A DNA stretch of 64,000 nt, from NCBI GenBank assembly GCA_963517305.1, contig CAUQEL010000008.1:36145-100144 (forward strand), written 5' to 3'. The position numbers were made by a program, and so were the translations under genes. This document shows, one piece after another, positions 57,114-64,000 of the stretch. Every line of letters begins with the position of its first letter. Position 1 is the first letter of the stretch. Source of the DNA: an uncultured Rhodococcus sp. (GTDB taxonomy: Bacteria; Actinomycetota; Actinomycetes; Mycobacteriales; Mycobacteriaceae). The notes under the pieces are model-generated. The model ran no database searches. It saw only the letters and a list, made by a program, of their open reading frames with translations, and was not told where the DNA came from.

Positions 57114-58565
57114 TCAGGCTTCGATCTCGGAACGATCGCCGCTCCACAGAGTGTGGAACTTCCCTTCCGAGTCGGTTCGCTCGTAGGTGTGCGCCCCGAA
57201 GAAGTCCCGCTGTCCCTGGGTCAGAGCGGCGGGTAGGCGCTCTGCCCGCAACGCGTCGTAGTAGGAGAGCGAGGACGCGAACGCGGGGACCGGAATGCCC
57301 AACGAGGCCGCGGTGATGACGACGCGACGCCAGCTGTCGATGGCGTTCTCGATGGCGTCACGGAAGTACGGGGCCAGGATCAAGCTCGGTAGTTCGGCGT
57401 TGTCGTCGTACGCGTCCTTGATGCGATCGAGGAACCGGGCGCGAATGATGCAGCCACCGCGCCAGATCGTGGCGAGGTCACCGGGATGCAGATTCCAGTC
57501 GTATTCGGTACTGCCCGCGGCGATCTGATCGAAGCCCTGTGCATAGGCGACGATCTTCGACGCGTACAGAGCCCGACTGATGTCGTGCGTGAACTGCTCG
57601 GCATCGGTCGGCTTGTCCGCGAGTGTTCCTGAGGCGAGCCCGACGGCTGCCTTGCGCTGAGCGCGTGACCCCGACAGAGCCCGAGCGAACACCGCCTCGG
57701 CGATACCCGTGACGGGAACGCCGAGGTCCAGGGCCGCTTTGACGGTCCAGCGACCGGTGCCCTTCTGCTCCGCAGCGTCGACGATCACGTCGACGAGAGG
57801 CTGACCGGTCTTGGCGTCGACCTGGCGGAGAACCTCGGCGGTGATCTCGACGAGGTAGCTCTCCAGATCGCCGTTGTTCCACTCGGTGAACACGTCCGCT
57901 ACCTGAGCCGGCGTGTAACCGAGGGCGTCGCGGAACAGGTTGTACGCCTCGCCGATGAGCTGCATATCGGCGTATTCGATGCCGTTGTGGACCATCTTGA
58001 CGAAGTGTCCTGAGCCGTCTGGTCCGATGTGGGTGCAGCACGGCGTGCCGTCGACCTGAGCTGCGATGGATTCCAGCAACGGCCCGAGGGCCTTGTAGGA
58101 CTCGGCCGGGCCACCCGGCATGATCGACGGTCCGTTGAGCGCACCTTCTTCGCCGCCGGAGATACCGGCACCGACGAAGAGCAGTCCGCGCTCCTTCATG
58201 GCCGCCTCACGGCGGATGGTGTCGGTGTAGAGAGCGTTGCCACCGTCGATGATGATGTCGCCCTCCTCCATCGCGCCCGCAAGCTCCTCGATCACCGCGT
58301 CGGTGGGGTCGCCTGCCTTGACCATGATGAGCACTCGCCGCGGCTTCGCGAGAGCGGCGACGAACTCCTCGATGGTTTCGGTGCGAATGAAGGTGCCCTC
58401 GGTGCCGTGCTCGGCGATCAGGGCATCGGTCTTGGCGACACTGCGGTTGTGCAATGCGACGGTATGGCCGTGATGGGCGAAGTTGCGGGCGATGTTGGAG
58501 CCCATGACGGCGAGTCCGGTGACTCCGATCTGAGCCAGTTCTGTCGGTTCTGCTGCTGAGGTCAT
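57114..58565 (-). CDS. gndA: 6-phosphogluconate dehydrogenase, decarboxylating (NADP+)
   Basis: GLAVMG, NRS, DGGN, VKMVHNGIEY, QKGTGRW, QRDFFGAHTY. Confidence 0.96.
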   Translation of the reverse strand: MTSAAEPTELAQIGVTGLAVMGSNIARNFAHHGHTVALHNRSVAKTDALIAEHGTEGTFIRTETIEEFVAALAKPRRVLIMVKAGDPTDAVIEELAGAMEEGDIIIDGGNALYTDTIRREAAMKERGLLFVGAGISGGEEGALNGPSIMPGGPAESYKALGPLLESIAAQVDGTPCCTHIGPDGSGHFVKMVHNGIEYADMQLIGEAYNLFRDALGYTPAQVADVFTEWNNGDLESYLVEITAEVLRQVDAKTGQPLVDVIVDAAEQKGTGRWTVKAALDLGVPVTGIAEAVFARALSGSRAQRKAAVGLASGTLADKPTDAEQFTHDISRALYASKIVAYAQGFDQIAAGSTEYDWNLHPGDLATIWRGGCIIRARFLDRIKDAYDDNAELPSLILAPYFRDAIENAIDSWRRVVITAASLGIPVPAFASSLSYYDALRAERLPAALTQGQRDFFGAHTYERTDSEGKFHTLWSGDRSEIEA

Positions 58566-58641
58566 ACCGACAGCTTTCCCTGCCGAGAGATTTCGCGCGA
58601 GCCAACCCCCCGGCCGGTGTCGAACCCGAGCACCGGCAACG

Positions 58642-58682
58642 ACAACGGGTGCCGCATTCGCGAAGAATGCGGCACCCGTTGT
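58642..58682 (-). terminator. Terminator hairpin after the DEAD-box helicase
   Basis: Perfect 18-bp inverted repeat acaacgggtgccgcattc/gaatgcggcacccgttgt. Confidence 0.75.
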
Positions 58683-58723
58683 TGCAGGTTCGGTCGGATC
58701 ACGACCTCACGGTGACGGAGCGA

Positions 58724-60472
58724 TCAGTGGCTGCGAGCCGGACCGTCGAAACCGTCGTACGAGCGGCGTTCCGTGCGGCTGCGGAAGCCACCGGAGCGGT
58801 GCTCGTCCTGGCGGGGGCCGGACGCGGGACGACGGTTGTCGGAGCCACGGTTGTCGGAGCCACGGTTGTCGGAGCCGCGACCTTCGTAGCCACGACCCTC
58901 GGAGCCGCGGTACGAGCTCGAGTCGGAGCGACGCGGGCGGTCACCCTGGTAGCCCTCGCTGCGTGGGTTGGAGCCCTGGTATCCGCCGCCGCTGCGGGGA
59001 TTGGAGCCCTGGTAGCCGGTGCGGGGACGGTCTCCCTGGTAGCCCTCGCTGCTGCGCGGGTTGGAGCCCTGGTATCCGCCGGTGCTGCGCGGGTTGGAGC
59101 CCTGGTATCCGCCGGTGCTGCGCGGGTTGGAGCCCTGGTATCCGCCGGTGCTGCGCGGGTTCGATCCCTGGTAGCCGGGACGGCTGTTCCGGTCGCGGGG
59201 AGCGGACTCGGCGCGCAAGGGCTCACCGGTCGGCTTCTTCGCTCCGGTGATGCTGTTCAGCTCGGCCGAACCGGGCGAGACGTTGACGGCGGTGGCCTTG
59301 ACGCCGGCCATACCGGTCAGCCGCAGAACCTGACGACGCTGGTTGGGGAGCACGATCGCGACGACGGTGCCCTTCTCTCCGGCGCGTGCCGTGCGTCCTG
59401 CGCGGTGCAGGTAGTCCTTGTGGTCTGCGGGCGGATCGACGTGGACGACCAGGTCGATACCGTCGACGTGGATTCCGCGAGCGGCGACGTCGGTAGCGAC
59501 GAGGACAGGGGTGCGGCCGTTCTTGAAGCGCTCGAGAACGCGGGTGCGCTGATTCTGAGCCTTGCCACCGTGCAGGGACTCCGCGGCGATACCGAGCGCA
59601 CGCAGGCGATCGGTGATTCCGTCGCAGCCCAGCTTGGTACGCGCGAACATGATGGTGCGACCGCCTTCGCGGGCGCCGATCTCGGAGAGAACGAGATCCT
59701 TCTGACCCCGGTCGACCATGAGGACGTAGTGATCCATGGTCCGGACGCTGGCTTTGCCGTCCTGGGTGGAGTGCTCGACGTGATCGGGCAGGAACTGGCG
59801 AACCAGCGACTGAACCTCACGGTCGAGGGTGGCCGAGAACAGCATGCGCTGTCCGTCTGCCGGAGTGTCGGCGAGGACTGCACGTACCTCGGGCAGGAAG
59901 CCCATGTCGGCCATCTGATCGGCCTCGTCGAGGGCGGTGATCTCGATGGAGTCCAGGATGCAGGTGCCCTGGCGGAGGTGATCGGCGAGGCGGCCGGGGG
60001 TGGCGACGAGGACGTCGACTCCGCGTCGGAGCTGCTCGACCTGCTTGTTGAACGGGGTACCGCCGACGGCGGGCATGACTCGCAGGCCCTGCGCGTTGGC
60101 GTAGGGAGCGAGGGATTCGACGACCTGGAAAGCGAGTTCGCGGGTGGGGACCAGCACGAGCGAACGCGGACGCTTGGCGGCAGGACGGTCGGTGTGCAGC
60201 GACAGGCGCTGCAGGATCGGCAAGCCGAAAGCAAGGGTCTTGCCCGAGCCGGTCTGCGCGCGGCCGAGAACGTTCTTACCGGCGATCGCGTCGGGAAGTG
60301 CCTTCTCCTGAATAGGGGAGGGCACGGTGATCGAGTTGCGCGCCAATGCGGCGACGACTGCCTCGGGCAGACCGAGATCGGCGAAGGTGAAGGCCGGTGC
60401 CGCTACGGGCGTCGGGACTGCCGTGGTGTCGGAAGCGGTGGAAACGGGTGTGTTGGAAACAGCGTGGGTCAC
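58724..60472 (-). CDS. DEAD-box RNA helicase with repetitive low-complexity C-terminal tail
   Basis: TFADLGL, AQTGSGKT, PTREL, DEAD, SAT, HRAGRTAR; tail of GYQGSNPR repeats. Confidence 0.94.
   Translation of the reverse strand: MTHAVSNTPVSTASDTTAVPTPVAAPAFTFADLGLPEAVVAALARNSITVPSPIQEKALPDAIAGKNVLGRAQTGSGKTLAFGLPILQRLSLHTDRPAAKRPRSLVLVPTRELAFQVVESLAPYANAQGLRVMPAVGGTPFNKQVEQLRRGVDVLVATPGRLADHLRQGTCILDSIEITALDEADQMADMGFLPEVRAVLADTPADGQRMLFSATLDREVQSLVRQFLPDHVEHSTQDGKASVRTMDHYVLMVDRGQKDLVLSEIGAREGGRTIMFARTKLGCDGITDRLRALGIAAESLHGGKAQNQRTRVLERFKNGRTPVLVATDVAARGIHVDGIDLVVHVDPPADHKDYLHRAGRTARAGEKGTVVAIVLPNQRRQVLRLTGMAGVKATAVNVSPGSAELNSITGAKKPTGEPLRAESAPRDRNSRPGYQGSNPRSTGGYQGSNPRSTGGYQGSNPRSTGGYQGSNPRSSEGYQGDRPRTGYQGSNPRSGGGYQGSNPRSEGYQGDRPRRSDSSSYRGSEGRGYEGRGSDNRGSDNRGSDNRRPASGPRQDEHRSGGFRSRTERRSYDGFDGPARSH
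58832..59175 (-). repeat. Coding tandem repeats: 33-bp unit (GYQGSNPRSTG) and 15-bp unit (GSDNR x3)
   Basis: Identical 33-mers at 59051, 59084 and 59117 plus degenerate copies; acggttgtcggagcc at 58832, 58847 and 58862. Confidence 0.92.
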
Positions 60473-60750
60473 GCAGTAAAGCCTCTCCGGATTACGGGCA
60501 CGCCAATAAGCCCGAAGCTGAGAGCACCCGAAGGACCGGGAAACACGTAAAACAGCCAGAACACATTGATACGAGCCAGGGCACTGTCACCTGGCCATCA
60601 GAATGCAGATGAGAACTGCATAAAGTGGGGCTGTTTGTGCCATTTCGATTGCTAGGTCGCGATGGCGACCGGTCTCTACTGTACGGGACGTACCGCGAAT
60701 TGTTCGACTCGAGTCGATGTGACCTGTGCGACCCCCCATCGCGTGCGGAT

Positions 60751-61707
60751 TCACCCGAAGAGCTTGCTCAGTTCCTCCAGCCACGGCATGGCGACGTAGA
60801 TCGTCGGAAGAACGAGAATCACCACGGCCGCCGCGTAGGCAGCCGCGGCGATGCGTACATCGCTGCCCGGTCCGCTCAAGCGCTGAACACGGATGAGGGT
60901 GTGCGGCCCTCCGGCCGCCATCGCACCCCGCGGTGCGGTGGACCCGGCACACGTGACCAGAGCCCTGGCCAGCGGCGTCGGTCCGGTGACCTTGACGGCC
61001 GAGTCGTCTGCGAGCAGCTCCACCAGCAGTTGCACGCTGCCGAGGGCGGACTTGCTGCGGACGATCCGCGGGAACGCTTCGTTGACGGCAGTGAATGCTT
61101 CGAGGACCAGGTCGTGGCGGGCGCGCAGGTGTGACCGCTCGTGGCTGAGGATGGCGGTGACTTCCGCCTCGGACAGGTTGGCCAACGTTCCCCGGCTGAG
61201 AACCACCCGCTGACGCAGACCGGGTAGGCAGTACGCGATCGGTTCGGCCGCGTCGAGCACGCGGATGTCTGCATCACGCAGACCACGGAAAGGGTTCTCG
61301 CCCAAGTCGCTTCTATCCAGCAGGTCGACGAGCACGCGATGCCTGGCACGTCGACGACGGGTTCTGACCGCTACCTGAACGATGGAGAACATCAGCTTGG
61401 CACCGATGCCCAGCGTGATGGCGAGGACGACGACATAGAGGATCCACAGGGGCAGGCCGAGCGCGTCGATCTCGTCGGTCGGTGCCGTCGTGGGACGACC
61501 GTCCGGACCGGGGACGAGCAGCAGTCCGCCGATCGCGAGGCCGGAGCTGAAAGCCGAGAGCACAGCCGCCAGCGCAATTGCTTGCCACAGCACGAGAGCC
61601 GCGCGTGGTGACCGGTACGGCCAGTTCGCGCGAGCGAGCACTGCCGGAACCGGCCCAGCCAGGATCAGCGCGAGTACTGCGAATACCAGCGCAGTCGTCG
61701 AGTTCAT
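60751..61707 (-). CDS. blaR: M56-family metallopeptidase (BlaR-like, Rv1845c orthologue)
   Basis: PRAALVLWQA, AYCLPG, HERSH zinc motif, VELLADD; downstream of blaI. Confidence 0.88.
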   Translation of the reverse strand: MNSTTALVFAVLALILAGPVPAVLARANWPYRSPRAALVLWQAIALAAVLSAFSSGLAIGGLLLVPGPDGRPTTAPTDEIDALGLPLWILYVVVLAITLGIGAKLMFSIVQVAVRTRRRRARHRVLVDLLDRSDLGENPFRGLRDADIRVLDAAEPIAYCLPGLRQRVVLSRGTLANLSEAEVTAILSHERSHLRARHDLVLEAFTAVNEAFPRIVRSKSALGSVQLLVELLADDSAVKVTGPTPLARALVTCAGSTAPRGAMAAGGPHTLIRVQRLSGPGSDVRIAAAAYAAAVVILVLPTIYVAMPWLEELSKLFG

Positions 61708-61730
61708 GTCCTCACTTACTGCCGCGAGCG

Positions 61731-62147
61731 TCAGTCCGTCGGACGGCCATCTCCAGCCGAAGGGGACTTCGATGTCGATTGTGCCACTTCCAGCGCGGCG
61801 AGCGCCTCACGGAGAGCGGCGGCTTCGTCGGCCCCGACCTGACCGACGAAGTGGACGAGTGCCGCCGCGCGTCCACCCGACGCCGGCGCCTGCGACAGCG
61901 CGTCGACCATGAGGCTGGCGACCAGCTCGTCGCGGCCGTGCAACGGTGCGTAGCGGTGCGCTCGGTCGTCGCGCTGCTGCACGACCAACTTCTTCTTCGC
62001 CAGCCGCTGCAGCACCGTCATCACCGTCGTGTACGCGAGTTCGCGATGCGTCGCAAGTGCCTCGTGGACCTGTCGAACGGTCTGGGGATCCGACGACTCC
62101 CACAGATGGTCCATCACTGCGCGCTCTAGTTCACCAAGACCAGCCAT
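61731..62147 (-). CDS. blaI: BlaI/MecI/CopY-family repressor
   Basis: LGELERAVMDHLW, LAYTTVMTVLQRLAKK, RAHRY. Confidence 0.93.
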   Translation of the reverse strand: MAGLGELERAVMDHLWESSDPQTVRQVHEALATHRELAYTTVMTVLQRLAKKKLVVQQRDDRAHRYAPLHGRDELVASLMVDALSQAPASGGRAAALVHFVGQVGADEAAALREALAALEVAQSTSKSPSAGDGRPTD

Positions 62148-62181
62148 TCGTCCGAGTCTACGGCTACTCCGACGCGGATGC

Positions 62182-62200
62182 GTACTACTCGTGGTAGTAC
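62182..62200. promoter_or_regulatory. BlaI operator
   Basis: GTACTAC-N5-GTAGTAC palindrome 35 bp upstream of blaI; matches the TACTAC-N5-GTAGTA type box recalled for mycobacterial BlaI. Confidence 0.8.
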
Positions 62201-62348
62201 CGACCGGTCAGGTGGTGTGGGATCGGTCATACAAGTGGTCGCGACGAAGCGGCGGGTCTGGACCGCAGGAATCCAGGGGAGAATATTCTGTGCTGTGATC
62301 GTGCCGCCTCTCGGCCCGACTTTGCCAGAAGTGAGCGGAGACGAAAGC

Positions 62349-63650
62349 GTGGAGTGGTTCGATTCCCTGTCGTTGATCGACGGCCCGGTACCGGTGATCG
62401 TGTCCGTTCTCGGTGCCATCGGTGGCCTGTGGCTGCTCTTGTCGAGATCGCGGCGCTACGCCACGCGTGCGCTGCCGATCGCCGCGACGTCAGCGATCGT
62501 CGTGACGGCGATCGGCTACGTGGTGGTCGAGAAGGTGTGGCGACCGTTCCCGGACCCGATAGAGACTGCGATCTACGTGTGGATCGGAGTCGGCCTCGCC
62601 GCGCTGTTCGCGGTGATTCCCAGGTCGTTGGTCGCGCGAGGGGTGCTGAGCACCGTGGCGTCGGTGATGGCGATGGTATTCGTGGTGGCGGCGTCGGCCC
62701 TGCACGTCAACCTCGTGTTCGACGCCTATCCCACCGTGGGAAACGCTCTCGGGGCCGAGTCCGCGGCGCGCATTCAGTTCTCGGATGTGCCCGCTGCGGT
62801 GGAACGAACCGTCACCGGGACGCCCCTTGACTCGGTCTGGACCGCGCCCGCAGATCTGGCGGCCGCCGGGAGAATCACCTCCGCCTCCATTCCGGCCACC
62901 GCGTCGAACTTCTCCGCACGAGATGCGGAGATCTACCTGCCGCCCGCCTACTTCGCCGATCCTCGTCCGCTCCTTCCGGTTCTCGTGCTGCTCGCCGGTC
63001 AGCCGGGAGCACCCGAGGACTGGCTCAACGGCGGAAAGCTCGCCGAGACCATGGACAACTTCGCTCGCGACCATGAGGGTCTCGCGCCGGTCGTCGTCGT
63101 CGCGGACGGAACCGGGTCGTCGATGGCGAATCCGCTCTGTGTCGACTCGGCCCTGGGCAACGTGGACACGTATCTCTCCCGCGACGTTCCCGACTGGATC
63201 GACAGCGCGCTGCAGGTGGACCCGAATCGCGCGCACTGGGCGATCGGTGGATTGTCGTACGGCGGTACGTGCTCGATTCAGATGGCGACCAATCATCCCG
63301 ATGTCTATCCCACGTTTCTCGACCTGTCCGGCCAGCGCGAGCCGACTCTCGGTGATCGAGACCGAACGGTGCAGCAGGCCTTCGGGGGAAATTCTGCGGC
63401 GTTCACCGCGATCAACCCCCTCGACCTGCTGAAATCACGTCAGTACCCCGACTCGGCCGGTATTTTCGTCGTGGGGTCGGACGACAAGGACTACAAACCG
63501 GGCCAACAGGAGATGTACGACGCGGCGAAGGCCGCCGGAATGGACGTGCAGTACGTGGAGGTACCGGGCGGACACAGCTTCGCGGTGTGGTCGGAAGGCC
63601 TTCGACGTGAGCTCCCATGGTTGGCAACGAGGACAGGGTTGATTTCGTGA
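62349..63650 (+). CDS. Membrane-anchored alpha/beta hydrolase (esterase family)
   Basis: N-terminal TMs, IYLPPAY, LAGQPG, nucleophile GGLSYGG, PGGHSF; start approximate. Confidence 0.85.
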   Translation: MEWFDSLSLIDGPVPVIVSVLGAIGGLWLLLSRSRRYATRALPIAATSAIVVTAIGYVVVEKVWRPFPDPIETAIYVWIGVGLAALFAVIPRSLVARGVLSTVASVMAMVFVVAASALHVNLVFDAYPTVGNALGAESAARIQFSDVPAAVERTVTGTPLDSVWTAPADLAAAGRITSASIPATASNFSARDAEIYLPPAYFADPRPLLPVLVLLAGQPGAPEDWLNGGKLAETMDNFARDHEGLAPVVVVADGTGSSMANPLCVDSALGNVDTYLSRDVPDWIDSALQVDPNRAHWAIGGLSYGGTCSIQMATNHPDVYPTFLDLSGQREPTLGDRDRTVQQAFGGNSAAFTAINPLDLLKSRQYPDSAGIFVVGSDDKDYKPGQQEMYDAAKAAGMDVQYVEVPGGHSFAVWSEGLRRELPWLATRTGLIS

Positions 63651-64000
63651 ACGTGACCGATCCGGAACGACCGTCCGCGGCGAATGCCGCAGCACCCACC
63701 ACGGCGGTGGGAGACGCGCACGACCCCGCCGAACCGTCGTGGATGTCCCAGCGCGCGGAATCTCTGAGGTCGGGTGCGTCTGCGGTGATGCGCCAGCTTC
63801 GCCGGGTGTGGGCGCTCATCGTGTTCGGTGCCGTGGGCGCACCGGCCAGTTTCACCTTGCTCGCCGTCGTCTGGGTGATGGGCATCGTCGCCGCTGTCGT
63901 GGACAACCGCGGCGAGATGGACAAGTACTTCGCCGTGGGCATCGTGCCGTTCGAGCACTGGCACCTGTGGACCCCGCTCACCTCGGGACTGGCAGCGCCC
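63647..64000 (+). CDS. Membrane protein N-terminus (runs off window), possibly MprF/DUF2156-type with rhomboid-like segment
   Basis: GTGA overlap with the esterase stop; open frame MNVTDPERP...APASFTLLAVVWVMG...FAVGIVPFEHWHLWTPLTSGL. Family call is inference from context. Confidence 0.55.
   Translation, partial: MNVTDPERPSAANAAAPTTAVGDAHDPAEPSWMSQRAESLRSGASAVMRQLRRVWALIVFGAVGAPASFTLLAVVWVMGIVAAVVDNRGEMDKYFAVGIVPFEHWHLWTPLTSGLAAP

Noticed and set aside
58832..59175. 33-bp repeats as a CRISPR array
   Set aside because: Contiguous in-frame coding repeats with no unique spacers and no cas genes.

Overview
High-GC actinobacterial chromosome segment. Gene content and order point to Mycobacteriales, most likely Rhodococcus or a close relative (inference). 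Bases 1 to about 34,550 are an accessory-looking mosaic: a partial SNF2 helicase with an Fpg/Nei glycosylase, an SRPBCC-like/acyl-CoA ligase fusion, DASS and two AgcS transporters, a flavin amine oxidase, a Ser/Thr kinase divergent from an EAL protein, a GntR-atzF-biuH-permease biuret catabolic cluster, a carboxylic acid reductase, and a tandem-repeat peptide gene translationally coupled to a NO66-like JmjC oxygenase. Bases from about 34,600 to 64,000 follow the conserved Mycobacteriales block (pgsA2, DUF881/sbp, gcvH, garA, MerR, DUF151, MerR, glycine riboswitch-gcvP, vWA protein, glcB, two CNNM/CBS proteins, guaB1, gnd, blaR/blaI) with a few insertions, including two DEAD-box helicases. The best candidate for an undescribed system is the 85-aa peptide with 3x24-aa Gly/Asp/His repeats (32713-32970) and its JmjC partner (31454-32716), which looks like a RiPP-type or dedicated enzyme-substrate pair. 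Other leads are a coupled 63-aa uORF ahead of the CNNM operon, a prion-like repeat tail on a DEAD-box helicase and several readable operators. No rRNA, tRNA, CRISPR array or mobile element was seen. All assignments come from motif recognition; no database search was run.
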